From: Octopus vulgaris
Lineage: Eukaryota
Assembly (NCBI GenBank): GCA_951406725.2
Contig: OX597819.1
Span: 42,656,001 to 42,720,000 of the forward strand
Direction: 5' to 3'
Length of the DNA stretch: 64,000 bases
Shown piece after piece: positions 1 through 11,139 of this stretch. Position 1 is the stretch's first letter. Every line of letters starts with the position of its first letter. The notes under the pieces were generated by a model. The model saw only the letters and a list, made by a program, of their open reading frames with translations, was not told the origin of the DNA and did no database searches. Made by a program: the position numbers and the translations under genes.

Positions 1-29
1 CTTACCACACAGCCACTCCTGCGCCTGGA

Positions 30-1995
30 TGATCATATTTTCAGAAAAATGGAGATTTTTTAATGAAATTGTCAACAAATGTGTTATATCCTGTAAGTTT
101 TGAATATACAAAACTTGTGGGGGGGGGGGGGTGTTTAGAATGGGTGGGGTGCGGATCGTCTTAACTTTCGAGAAAATGGATATTTTTTTAATGAAATTCT
201 CTACCAATATACCTCAGATTATGTTGATTCCGAGAACACAAGAATTTGGGGGGAAAACAATTGGAGGTTATTTTTGAGAACTGTTCCCCACTCAAGGGTG
301 TTTCGGAAAAAGTCGTCCATGTTTCATTTTCTCCGATTTGTGCATCCGTAGATCTCTACCACTCTCCCTCACACAATGTAATTAAAAAAGTTCAAACGGG
401 GAATTATTCCATTCAATATCATATTTACTATAGAGATTATGTAACAAATTATACTTTACACTTCTATATTTAACTATGCGTGTATATTATTTATTTTTGC
501 TTCTGCCTTTCTATTAGTAACGTTTACCTGGGAATTTACTTAAAATAAAAAAAAGATCGTATGCAACGGATCTTTTCCTTTTGAACGGCACATGTCAACA
601 CAATTTCTAGTTAACCACTTTTAAACTTCGTATACTGGTAGAATGTGTTTATAAAACATCATTTTTTCTTGGCTTTATTGAGAAAATTCTATAGGTTGTA
701 ACATATTTCCACTTTAATTTCAAGCATTTCGGCAATCACTGGCGTCCATTTAGCTAAATAACATTCCGTGCTGTATGAATATGTCCCTCGTTTAAGAAAT
801 AGATTGGGTTTATTTACATTTGCAAAGAAAAAAAAGATACCCTTCCCCCACCGCTAACCTTAAAACAGATTGAAATGCAATAGATCGATACTAGAGTTAT
901 AATTATGGGTGACATTTTCATTTGACACCGCTAGAAAAAAATCCCATTTTCCGTAGCGGTGTCGTATGAAATTGTCACCCATAATTATAACCCTAGTATC
1001 GATCTATTGCATTTCAATCTGTTTTAAGGTTAGCGGTGGGGGAAGGGTATCTTTTTTTTCTTTGCAAATGTAAATAAACCCAATCTGTTTCTTAAACGAG
1101 GGACATATTCATACAGCACGGAATGTTATTTAGCTAAATGGACGCCAGTGATTGGTTAAAATTGCCGAAATGCTCGAAATTTCAGACGAAATATCTTACA
1201 AACTATAGAATTTTCTCAATAAAGCCAAGAAAAAATGATGTTTTATAAACACATTCTACCAGTATACGAAGTTTAAAAGTGTTTAGTTAACTAGAAATTG
1301 TGTTGACATGTGCCGTTCAAAAAGAAAAGATCCTATGCAACAGATAAGTCGTCTTAATAACATATTTCTGTGTACCAGACTAGTAGCTGTTATTTTTAGC
1401 ATAACGAATTTTCTGGTGAGGGCTTCATTTACGTGTTTGTTACTTCAGTAGAAATCTACGGATGCATAAACGCACAAAACGGAGAAAATGAAACATACAG
1501 ACGACTTACTTCCAAACACCCCCGAGTGGAGAATGGACCCCCAATTGATTTCCGCCAAATTCCTATGTTCTCGGAATCTACATAGTCCGAGATATATTTG
1601 TAGAGAATTTCATTAAAAAATATTCATTTTCTTGAAAGTTGAGACGAATTGAAGTGTACGCCAGTGAATTTTCCGAAATTCCCTATCCCCTCCTACCCCC
1701 CCCCCAAGTTTTGTATATTCGGAATCTACATGATATAACACATATTCGTAGAAAATTTCATTAAAAAATATCCATTTTTTAAAAAGTTATGATCACCCAA
1801 AGTCGGAGGGAGGGGCAGTAATCTGTAGTTATGCCAAAAAATATCATTTTCTTGAAAGTGTAGACGTATTGAAGTGGACGCCGAGGCTCGAAATAACAGC
1901 CAAATCTCACAAAACTGCGAAAACAATGAAATTTTGAAAATGCGATTTTTGGAAAAAAAATTTTCGGAATCGGGTCCTCCATAACTAAAAACGTG
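30..1995. mobile_element. Foldback-type repeat element (host of the 568-1333 MITE) with inverted arms and internal subrepeats
   Basis: About 30-359 is the reverse complement of about 1448-1800 (gtcgtccatgtttcattttctccg...catccgtaga vs tctacggatgca...cggagaaaatgaaacat). An uninterrupted partial copy lies at 8776-9480. Outer ends are approximate. Confidence 0.7.
568..1333. mobile_element. Palindromic MITE, GG...CC termini, 8-bp TSD (Merlin-like)
   Basis: Arms about 568-933 and 954-1333 are inverted copies (ggatcttttc...ttgaacggcacatgtc / gacatgtgccgttcaa...gaaaagatcc). TSD tatgcaac at 560-567 and 1334-1341. The paralog near 8958 shows the empty site (aatcg-tatgcaac-agataag). Confidence 0.9.
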
Positions 1996-2384
1996 GGATT
2001 CCGTAAAAAAAAAATATATACATATATATATATATCCATTTTACCCGAATTTGACAGAAAAATCGGATCTTGTGAATTTTCCGGAAGTCCCCCACTTCAG
2101 TGTCGTCAGCGCGCATTTTTTTTTTTCATATTCGTTTTCCCCACACTTATTAACACCCCACCAGGCTGGTTAATTTTTTTTTTTTGTTCCCAGGTGAGGA
2201 TCTTTATATTGTCCTGTTTTCAGTTTAGTACTTCCTGTAAGTATTCAGAAAAAGTACAAATAATATTGACTTCAAATTTTGGTACAAGGCCAGCAAATTT
2301 CACGAGAGAAAGTCGATTACATCGACCCCAGTGTTTAACTGATACTTATTTTACCAACTCCAAAAGGACGAAATGCAAAAATCG

Positions 2385-3162
2385 GGTTAATATCTAGATC
2401 CGCACCCGGTGGGAAAAATGGAAACGAAAATGTGTAACAGTTGTAAGGCATCGTATATTGACGGAATAAGACGGGAAAAAAGCGCGCTGACAAACGGGGG
2501 GTGGGGGTGCTCGGGAAATTCCCAGGATCAACCGTAGAGGCAAAAATGGAAAAAAATATGTGTAACAGGTGTAAGGCATCGTATATTGAAGGAATATGAC
2601 GAAAAAAAGCGCGCTGACAAACGGGGGGGGGGGAGGGGGCTCGGAAAATTGCCTACGATTTAAAGAAAAATTTACCATCAATTTTCACCATTGTGTTTCT
2701 GATTCGCGACCCCATGTCGAATTTATCGATTTTTTTCAGAACTGGGGGAACTTTTCAAAATTTTCGCTGCGTTAGTTTTGAATTATGACATTGGGCTATG
2801 TGTGTGAAATGCGTTTAAAATGGTGAAAATTGATGGTAAATTTTTCTTTAAATCGTAGGCAATTTTCCGAGCCCCCCCCCCCGTTTGTCAGCGCGCTTTT
2901 TTTTCGTCATATTCCTTCAATATACGATGCCTTACACCTGTTACACATATTTTTTTCCATTTTTGCCACCTGGACGTGGATCCTCTACGGTTGATCCTGG
3001 GAATTTCCCGAGCCCCCCCCCCCACCGTTTGTCAGCGCGCTTTTTTCCCGTCTTATTCCGTCAATATACGATGCCTTACAACTGTTACACATTTTCGTTT
3101 CCATTTTTCCCACCGGGTGCGGATCTCATTTTTCCCACCGGGTGCGGATCTAGATATTAACC
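2385..3162. mobile_element. Foldback MITE, GG...CC termini, 8-bp TSD (Merlin-like), inserted in a SINE
   Basis: TIRs ggttaatatctagatccgcacccggtggg / cccaccgggtgcggatctagatattaacc; arms about 2385-2692 and 2819-3162. TSD aaaaatcg at 2377-2384 and 3163-3170. It splits a minus-strand SINE (about 2270-3190). Confidence 0.9.
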
Positions 3163-3735
3163 AAAAATCGACTTCGGCGGAATTTGAGCGAGATTCTTAA
3201 AAATGTAACTAATAGTAACGAAGTATGTAAAAAAAAAAAAAATTACTTGGCTCTCTTGAAATACCGAAACGAATATGTTAATGCTTTAAAATACTTTTTG
3301 TTCATATTAATTTGTAGGTGCTTCATCCAGGATTCTGCCAAAATGGGGTGGGGGAATGAAATGAAAATTTGGAACTTTTTCTTTTTAATGAGCAAGGTCA
3401 TTTCTGTCTCTATAGGATTACAGTACAGGACTATTTTTGACCTTTAATAGTTGACGAGACAGATAAATTTCGGCAGTTGGTACGTTTCGTTAATTCCGGA
3501 AATCCGAGTTTGTACGACCACTAACAAAGTTTGTATAATTACAGAGGAATATATAAAGTGTGAGGGATTGGAGTTCTGATCGAAGTACATCATATAATCT
3601 GCCATAAGACTTAAACTCAAAATTATTATGGAAAAATTTCATTTTCTATCAAGCACGTAAGTTTTTTTTTTTTAATTTCTGAAAATTCCATGTATCTATA
3701 TTAGGAAGATAAGAAACACACACATAAAAATACAA

Positions 3736-3903
3736 GGTACTATTTAAGACTAGTCGATGTTTCCTTACTTTGTTCTATTTACTTTGCTTTAAAAATTATT
3801 TAGTTTGTGTTTTATTTACTTTGCTAGGTAGTCGTTGTAGGATCGACTAGTCACGAATAGCTAGCGCGGATGCGCACCGGGACCACTCTTCTTAAATAGT
3901 ACC
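3736..3903. mobile_element. Small MITE, 14-bp TIR, 9-bp TSD (Merlin-like)
   Basis: TIR ggtactatttaaga / tcttaaatagtacc; TSD aaaatacaa at 3727-3735 and 3904-3912. Confidence 0.85.
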
Positions 3904-3938
3904 AAAATACAATTAGAAAGCTGTTTAGAAGAAAATAC

Positions 3939-4308
3939 GGCGATCTTTCGTCTCTTTCCGTAAAATTTTTTTTTTTTTACATATGGGCTTACGGGAACCT
4001 TTGAAGTAATATACATACACATACACCGAGTAAAAAATTTCAGTTATCTTTCTTTCACACACACTAACAGAAGCACTTCACTTACACAACATACTGTCTG
4101 TCTCCCACACCCCATCAAACACACACACACATATACATCAATGCTCCCATGCACGGTAACTTCAAAAGAACTTCCCTCGTCATACAATCGCTTTCTCTTA
4201 GTCTCTTTCGCTCTCATTACTTCAAAAGTTCCCGCAAGCCCATATGTAAAAAAAAAAAAAATTTTTACGGAAATCGACGGAAAGGTCTACTAGAGACGAA
4301 AGATCGCC
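3939..4308. mobile_element. MITE with long imperfect TIRs
   Basis: ggcgatctttcgtctct...ttacatatgggcttacgggaacctttgaagtaat is inverted at attacttcaaaagttcccgcaagcccatatgtaa...agagacgaaagatcgcc. No TSD recognised. Confidence 0.7.
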
Positions 4309-4376
4309 CAACCGACTATGCAAATTTCAGCAAAACCAACAAATTATAACAAAAATGTTTTGCATTGATCAAGCTA

Positions 4377-4382
4377 TTTATT
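4377..4382 (-). terminator. Candidate polyadenylation signal (AATAAA) of the SLC3 gene
   Basis: tttatt on the plus strand, about 270 nt after the stop codon and just before the flanking MITE. Confidence 0.4.
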
Positions 4383-4654
4383 TGTTATGAGGGTCTTTTC
4401 TTTTTTTTCATTCGTTACACGAAAGCAATCTTCAAGTCTATTTGTACATTTAATGTGGATCTAAGATTTTTGTTCGAGCTTCAAACGCCATGAAATGCCA
4501 GTTACAACAGGGGAGGTAACTATAAAACCGATTATGAGACACTTCTTTAAAATAATGTTAATGTCACGTTAAAAATAATTTTGGAAACATACCTATATAA
4601 TTAATGAAGTTTGCCACAGATAAATGCTTGTAACTTTAGAGTGTAGAAGAGAAC

Positions 4655-6562
4655 TTATGTCGCAAACTTGAATACAATAGCTTCATGCTTATGTAAGCTA
4701 ACTGGTGCTGTATTAAGGTTGACAGTCACCCCGACTTTGAATTTAGGCTGCTCAGGCAAGCTGTGGTACACAACTTTGGCCTTATCCAAGGAGACATCTT
4801 CAATAAAACTACTGAAATGAATTGTATGCTTGTGTGAGCCGAGATTAACGACCACCAAGAAACTTGGGAAACCCTTCGCCATACGAAGGAAGCTGATAAT
4901 ATTCTTATTTGTGAAACTCGGCACAAATTTCCCCCACTGGAACGAGAAGTTGCTTCGTAGAAGATTTAAATCAGTGAAGGCCTTCAGAGGAGGATATAAG
5001 TCTCTGTTGTTGTAGGCTGTTTGCCCTGCTACACTGTTGTTATTTACTGATATTAACCATGGCGTAGCATCACTGAACTCCACGTTAGTCGAGGACCATG
5101 ACATAGGGGCACGATATTTGTAATATTCTATGTAGTTGTTATTCGGTTGGTCGTCTTTTAATCCATCAGTTATATTCTGCAAAACTGCATCCCGCATGCC
5201 AATTTCGTCTCCGTAGTGGCAGAAAGCCGTCCCAGGCAAGAGCATCTGAAGAGTTAAGAGTGATTTTAAGTAATCGAAGGAATGTAAACGGCTCATGGGG
5301 CGAGACAATTTGTTGCTACTCAAAATCCAACCATTCCAATGGCTTTGGAGATATTGGCTCGTAGAACGTATAGCATCTTGAATCGAAGCAGGGCTGTCAG
5401 ATGTAGCAAGATTAGTTACACCAATAAAATGAAGGGCCTTTTCAGTCTCATCACCGTAGAATTCAGCCGTTTCGTTACTATTGACGGGCATTGTACCAAA
5501 CAAAAGTCTCTCTCGTCCCGGTTTATCTGAAAATTCATCTGCGATCACTCTCAGCTCTTTTAACAACTCTATTACCTGCTGACGTTCGAATACCGAAGAT
5601 CCGTTAGAGGAAATCTCTTTAAAAGTAGTTTCTAAATCATTGATGTGAAAGCCGCCAACACCGCGATCCAACCAAAAGCGTAGGTAATATTTCAGTTCTT
5701 TTCTTACTTCTTCGTTTTGTATATTCAAATTGGGCAAGTCTTTGTCGGTTACTGCTAAGTAATATTGATCCCGTTTGGAATCCAAGTGCCAGACATTTTT
5801 CTCCGATGTTGGTAAATTGTTCACCAAGTTTTTATCAGCCCAAATGTAATAATCGCTCATTTTTCCTTTCTTCTGACGGCTTTGAACAAACCATGCATGA
5901 TCTGTGTGTGTGTTGAGTATGATAAAATCAAGGATTAAATGACGGCCAGTCTTCCTGAAACTCTTGATTGTTGAAAGTAATTCTGCTTCAGTTCCATACA
6001 TGGGGTTAATAACGGTGTGATTAAGTAATCCATAGCCAGAATCGTTGTATTTAGACTGAAAGATATTGTGCAGCCACAATGTTTTAACATGGATGGATTC
6101 CAAATAGCCAGCTTTCTCTTGAATTCCTTTCAGATCACCAACACCATCGTGATTAGAATCACTGAAGGAGCGAGGAGATATTTCATATATTAAATCTTTC
6201 TGATACCATTTCAGGTCGGGACGATATGGACAGCGCGGAGCAAGAACAATAATTACAATGGCGACAACGAGCATCAAAACCCATCCAATCCAGAATATAA
6301 TAAAAAGAATAAGACGAGCACGAATCCAAAACGGATCATTGGCAAATTTCATAAGTTCTTCTTTCGACAAGCCGCCAAATTCATCTGGGGATTTTATCAT
6401 GACATTAACAGCGCCATCATCGTTAGCGCCATTAGCAATAAATTTAGTTTTGGAATCATCCAAATCAGTCTCAGTTGTCGCACCAGTGTCGGTCATACAA
6501 ACTATAGTATCTTGTTTAGGCTGGTTTTCCGTTTGTCCTTCCAAAGAGGCTTCGATAGTCAT
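4655..6562 (-). CDS. SLC3A2: SLC3 family heteromeric amino acid transporter heavy chain (4F2hc/CD98hc / rBAT-like), about 635 aa, uninterrupted CDS
   Basis: Contains the SLC3 N-terminal signature GLSKEELMKFANDPFWIRARLILFIIFWIGWVLMLVVAIVIIVLAPRCP (single TM plus the Cys that bonds the light chain). A GH13 alpha-amylase-like ectodomain follows (YEISPRSFSDSNHDGVGDLKGI; LQMLLPGTAFCHYGDEIGM). The track start at 6586 is TTG; the first ATG is at 6560-6562 in context AAC-ATG-A. SLC3A1 vs SLC3A2 orthology cannot be resolved by eye. Confidence 0.93.
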   Translation of the reverse strand: MTIEASLEGQTENQPKQDTIVCMTDTGATTETDLDDSKTKFIANGANDDGAVNVMIKSPDEFGGLSKEELMKFANDPFWIRARLILFIIFWIGWVLMLVVAIVIIVLAPRCPYRPDLKWYQKDLIYEISPRSFSDSNHDGVGDLKGIQEKAGYLESIHVKTLWLHNIFQSKYNDSGYGLLNHTVINPMYGTEAELLSTIKSFRKTGRHLILDFIILNTHTDHAWFVQSRQKKGKMSDYYIWADKNLVNNLPTSEKNVWHLDSKRDQYYLAVTDKDLPNLNIQNEEVRKELKYYLRFWLDRGVGGFHINDLETTFKEISSNGSSVFERQQVIELLKELRVIADEFSDKPGRERLLFGTMPVNSNETAEFYGDETEKALHFIGVTNLATSDSPASIQDAIRSTSQYLQSHWNGWILSSNKLSRPMSRLHSFDYLKSLLTLQMLLPGTAFCHYGDEIGMRDAVLQNITDGLKDDQPNNNYIEYYKYRAPMSWSSTNVEFSDATPWLISVNNNSVAGQTAYNNRDLYPPLKAFTDLNLLRSNFSFQWGKFVPSFTNKNIISFLRMAKGFPSFLVVVNLGSHKHTIHFSSFIEDVSLDKAKVVYHSLPEQPKFKVGVTVNLNTAPVSLHKHEAIVFKFAT

Positions 6563-6689
6563 GTTGATATTTTCCTGTGTCGACAAAATGAAAAGAAATT
6601 ATTTTGTGCTTTTTCTGTCAGAGTTCAAACAAGCACCTTCACAGTCTACGGACACACTCAACAGTTATTGCATCAGACTACGATAACGG

Positions 6690-6697
6690 TTTATATA
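6690..6697 (-). promoter_or_regulatory. Candidate TATA box of the SLC3 gene
   Basis: TATATAAA on the minus strand about 130 nt upstream of the ATG, in CpG-rich unique sequence. Confidence 0.4.
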
Positions 6698-7607
6698 TGA
6701 GCACTGTAGTAGTCCCCCCTGCCTTCCTATTAGCAACTAGTACTACTACTTGAGTTGCCGCTTGAAAGTAACTGCTAATCACTATTCCCGCCACTCTCAA
6801 CCTTATGGTGAATAAAGCAGCTTTGAATGGTAAACCATTCTCTCTTTTTTTAAGCTGTTAGTTTGTTAATTCTTTACGAAAAATGTAAAGTATCTATTTT
6901 TCTATTGCGATGAAGGTTGTTGTTCTTAGAGTTTAATTAACGAAAGTAAATTTATTCGTTTTACACGCCAGAGAAGGCGCCGCCACGTGTCTCGACCTAC
7001 TCGAAATTTTAGCAAAATTTCCTATATACCCTACCGTCTTATAAGAAGAGGGAAGGACACAGCTAAAGTAGTCGTACATATATGATCTGAAGCAAAGACG
7101 GGATGGGCGCGGCTGGAGTATCTTTAATCCTAGTTCTGTTCTTTCAGATTTAACCTTGGAATTACATAATGCATTTAATTAAAATACAAATCCTAAACAA
7201 TATTATGTAATCCTTCCATAATATAAGTTTTTACAAAAGACAGAAAAGGGAAAAAAAGGGAGAGAGAGAGACAAAAAAAAGAAGAAAAACGATGCAGCAT
7301 CAAATGTTTATCATTTTCATCATGTGATCGCTGACAGCAGATTCTTCTAATTTTAGAACAATTCCATGCATATTTCGGATGTTTGTGAGTGTTTCTGAGG
7401 GGTGAAAAGTAGTGAATGTAGAATATATTGCCCTTTTCTAACTTGTCCGACGCTATGGCGAAGGAAGAATATATGAATGCATTTGTTTGGAATTAGTTTG
7501 AGAACCACTATTTTATAGGAATATTAAATCGACCCCAGTACTTAATTGCTCGAAAGGAGATGGTAGGTGGGGTGGTAGATACATCTTTTAATTGCCTTAA
7601 TTTTCAA

Positions 7608-7982
7608 ATAGCAGTATCGTCCGGCGTTGCTTGGGTTTGTTTCGAACCTTTAGAATTGGAATTTTTGAAAAGTAAAAATTTTGCATTATGTAGTTTGTTA
7701 TTCTCTTTAAGTGAACATTTTTCTGGTTGAAATACACCGAAAAATGGCGACACAACAGTAAAAAAATCGTAACAAATAGGGATTTTCATAGAAAAAAGCA
7801 CCTTTTTGATGTAAATAATTTTTGGTCTTAACATAGTCCAATTTTAATTTTTTCTTCTACGGAATAAAGAGCAAGCCTTCTTCTATCATACTCTCAATTG
7901 CAGGGTCTCGGAAGAGCTAGTGTTAGTTGAAGGCTACCACACCTGCCATACACAGACAACTTCAGCTTTATATATAGAGAGA
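7608..7982 (-). mobile_element. Non-autonomous Helitron
   Basis: The minus strand begins A|TCTCTCTATATATAAAGCTG and ends ...aacccaagcaacgccggacgatactgcta, matching the termini of the Helitron at 53028-57283. Confidence 0.7.
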
Positions 7983-8775
7983 TTTTAAAGCTATATGTAA
8001 ATCATCTAAATGTCGAAATGTCTTTTAATGGTGATCATGTCGGCAAAATTTTTATTTAAATTTGTTGAATAATAGACGCGGGGCGTTGGTAGAAAAAAAA
8101 TTGATACTTTAAAAGAGTTTGTTACATAAACTGTCGATTTGTGCTGTGCAAAAGACGAAACCATTCTGCAGGCAGTAAGTTTAGTCTCCGACGAGATATA
8201 TGGGTATTGTAAACGTTACATGTTTTCCACCGCCTCCGTCTTATGTCCGGGAAGGCCTGGCAATCTTCCTCTAGTTAGTGACTATGCGTGGGACACTTTG
8301 TTCTAAAACCAAACCCTTGTTATTATTAACTTTTTTTTCCTTTTTAACGGTAGGTGAACACCGAAAGAGGTGTAAATTTGTGCGAATAGCAAACATGGTG
8401 CAACTGAATGGGCGTATAGTCTGGGCAATGTATGGGAAGCGGCAGTCGCTCTTCGCGAACTAAATTTAGCTCCTTTTCTACATTTATTTCCTGCTTCTTT
8501 AAATGTAACTCATAGTTCTCTTCTCTCGCTTATACGAGGCATAAAAATACATGCCAACATGTTTCAGTATACGCAGGACCCTGTTGACGATTGTTTCTTT
8601 AATCGACGTGCTTGCGATATTTTCAACACACATTTGTTAACGTACTACTAATTTCACCTTGACAAACTAGCTAGTACGAAAGAACCTTGCGTGAGTTTCT
8701 TTGAACTAGTTTTCTAGATGCAACTTCACTATGATCTCGAGTATATTTATCTTATGTATGTGTGTGTGTGTGTGT

Positions 8776-9480
8776 GTAATTAAAAAGTTCAAACGGGGAA
8801 TTATTCCATTCAATATCATGTTTATTATAGAGCTTATGTAACAAGTTATACTTTACACTTGTATATCCCTTATTTTTGCTTCTGATGTCTTCTGCCTTTC
8901 TATTAGAAACATTTGCCAAAGGAATTTACTTAAAGTAAAAAAAAAAAAAAAAAATCGTATGCAACAGATAAGTCGTTTTAACATATTTCTCTGTACCAGA
9001 CCTTTAGCTGTTATTTTTAGCATAACAAGTTTTCTGGTGAGGGCTTCCTTGCTCGTTTGTTGCTTCAGTAGAAATCTACGGAAGCACAAACGCACAAAAC
9101 GGAGAAAATAAAATAAATATGGACGACTTGTTCCGAAACACCCCCGAGTGGGGAACAGTTCTCAAAAATAACCCCCAATTGTTTTTCCCCCAAATTCCTA
9201 TGTTCTCGGAATTTACATAGTCCGAGGTATATTTGTAGAGAATTTCATTAAAAAATATCCATTTTCTTGAAAGTTAAGACGAATTGAAGTGTACGCCGGT
9301 GAATTTTCCGGAATTCCCCACCCCACCCCTCCTAAAATACTTTTCCCCAAAAGTTTTGTATATTCGGAATCTACATGATATAACTCATATTCGTAGAAAA
9401 TTTCATTAAAAAAATCTCCATTTTTCTGAAAGTTATGATCATTCAAAGTCGGGGGCGGGGCAGAAACTTGTAGTTATGCC
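8776..9480 (+). repeat. Second, uninterrupted partial copy of the element at 30-1995
   Basis: Colinear similarity to 378-567 plus 1342-1835 (gtaattaaaaagttcaaacggggaattattcc... to ...gtagttatgcc). Confidence 0.8.
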
Positions 9481-9542
9481 AAATATTTATATTTATATAT
9501 ATAATTAAGGTGGTTATTCGCAATTTACAATCGAAAGGCAAC

Positions 9543-9731
9543 TAGTCGTCAGGAAAGTGACGAAGGTACTAGTCAGCACCAGCATTGCTAGAAATAAGAG
9601 TCAAAACAACTCTTAGTTTGTCTCCCTTGTTGGTCATTAGAAAAATGCTCTCACATAGCAAAGAGTTGTTTTGACTAATTTCTAGCAATGCTGGTGCCAA
9701 CTTGTACCGTCCGTCACTTTCCTGCCGACTA
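9543..9731. mobile_element. MITE with about 70-bp TIRs flanked by TA
   Basis: tagtcgtcaggaaagtgacg...gtcaaaacaactctt (9543-9614) is inverted at aagagttgttttgac...cgtcactttcctgccgacta (9661-9731). Confidence 0.75.
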
Positions 9732-9820
9732 TATATATAATGACGGGCTTCTTTCGGTTTCCATATACCAAATCGACCCACAAGGCTTTGGTCAATCCAG
9801 GGTTAGACACTTGCCCTTGG

Positions 9821-11139
9821 CGATTTATCCCTCGTTACCAACTACAGGGGTATATCTCTAATGTCAATTGCTGCAAAACTGTACAACAAACTGATCCTAA
9901 ATCGTCTTGTCCTTTTTGTTGAACCTTTGCTCCGAAAGAACCAAAATGGATTCAGACATGGGCGCTCAACGCTGAGCCAGATACTATGCCTGCGCAGACT
10001 TATTGAAGAATCAAAAGCATTTAATCGCGATCTTGCAATGGTATTTGTAGACTTTTCTAAAGCGTTCGATTCTGTAGATAGGTACAAGATGTTTGAAATC
10101 CTTAAGCTCTATGGGATACCAAACAAAATTATTTCTGCCATCAAGGTCCTCTACACAGATACGTCTTCAACCATCTTAACCCCTGATGGAGAAACATCAT
10201 CTTTCTCAATCAAAGCCGGAATACTGCAGGGAGACACACTCGCCCCATTTCTTTTCATCATTGTTGTTGATTATGTGCTACGTATGTCAGTTGATACCAT
10301 CTCTGGCAAGGGCTTTGAAATAAAACCAAGAAGAAGTTCCAGACACCCAGCTGAATACTTGACAGACACTGACTTTGCTGACGACATCGCTCTTATCAGT
10401 GATTCTCTCTCCAATGCCCAGTCTCTTTTACAATCTCTTGAACAAGCCTCAAATTGTGTAGGTCTTTACCTCAATGAGGCCAAAACTGAATACATAAACA
10501 AGTGCCTGTCCAACAGTGATTGCATCATCCATACTCTCAACAGTGCACCTTTAAATATGGTTTCTGATTATAAATATCTTGGGTCATACATATCATCATC
10601 TGGAAAAGACTTTCTAACTAGAAAGGGTATGGCCTGGTCAGCCTGTAATGACATGCATAAGATCTGGTCATCAAATCTAAGTAGAGACTTCAAACTTGAA
10701 ATATTCAAAGCCACAGTCGAACCAATTCTACTATATGGCTCAGAAACCTGGACGTTATCAAAGAAGCTTGAGAGGCGGTTGGATGGAACCTACACTCGCC
10801 TCCTTATGAGAGCTCAAAACCTCTCATGGAAGCGCCATCCAACCAAAATGCAAATATATGGGAAACTACCACCTGTGTCATCTCTTGTGAAAGGTAGAAG
10901 AGTCCAGCAAACTGGACATTGTTGTAGAGCTGAAAAAGAAGTAATTTCTACTCTTCTCCTCTGGAAGCCATCTACTCGCAATACCAGAGGGCGCACACTC
11001 TCCTACCCTGATGTAATCTCCAGGGATACAGGCATCCAGCAACAGGACCTCCGTAATGCTATGATGGACCGTGAAGTCTGGCGTAACATAGTAAATTCCA
11101 TTGTCTCGACCACGGTCGAACAATGATGAATGATGATGA
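9821..11139 (+). mobile_element. 5'-truncated RTE-group non-LTR retrotransposon (LINE), young copy
   Basis: TSD tgcccttgg at 9812-9820 and 11140-11148; (TGA)n tail; inserted into a minus-strand SINE; RT reading frame open across the whole insert. Confidence 0.9.
9861..11126 (+). CDS. Reverse transcriptase (LINE ORF2 C-terminal part; endonuclease missing), 421 aa from an internal Met
   Basis: NYRGISL (in frame just upstream), QNGFR, FVDFSKAFDSV, GILQGDTLAPFLF, catalytic FADD, YKYLGS, LLYGSETWTL. Confidence 0.85.
   Translation: MSIAAKLYNKLILNRLVLFVEPLLRKNQNGFRHGRSTLSQILCLRRLIEESKAFNRDLAMVFVDFSKAFDSVDRYKMFEILKLYGIPNKIISAIKVLYTDTSSTILTPDGETSSFSIKAGILQGDTLAPFLFIIVVDYVLRMSVDTISGKGFEIKPRRSSRHPAEYLTDTDFADDIALISDSLSNAQSLLQSLEQASNCVGLYLNEAKTEYINKCLSNSDCIIHTLNSAPLNMVSDYKYLGSYISSSGKDFLTRKGMAWSACNDMHKIWSSNLSRDFKLEIFKATVEPILLYGSETWTLSKKLERRLDGTYTRLLMRAQNLSWKRHPTKMQIYGKLPPVSSLVKGRRVQQTGHCCRAEKEVISTLLLWKPSTRNTRGRTLSYPDVISRDTGIQQQDLRNAMMDREVWRNIVNSIVSTTVEQ

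Noticed and set aside
2394-3200. Duplicated proline-rich ORFs on both strands
   Set aside because: Artefact of the MITE's inverted arms and G/C runs.
4655-6562. Bacterial alpha-glucosidase by contamination or horizontal transfer, given the lack of introns
   Set aside because: The metazoan SLC3 N-terminal/TM/Cys signature is present, the catalytic residues are lost, and the gene is embedded in host repeats.
6563-6586. Track start of the 643-aa ORF
   Set aside because: It is a TTG; in this eukaryotic context the ATG at 6560-6562 is the plausible start.
6258-6686. 142-aa plus-strand ORF (and 4726-4926, 4830-5015, 5339-5530)
   Set aside because: Antisense or alternative-frame shadows of the SLC3 CDS with no recognisable motifs.
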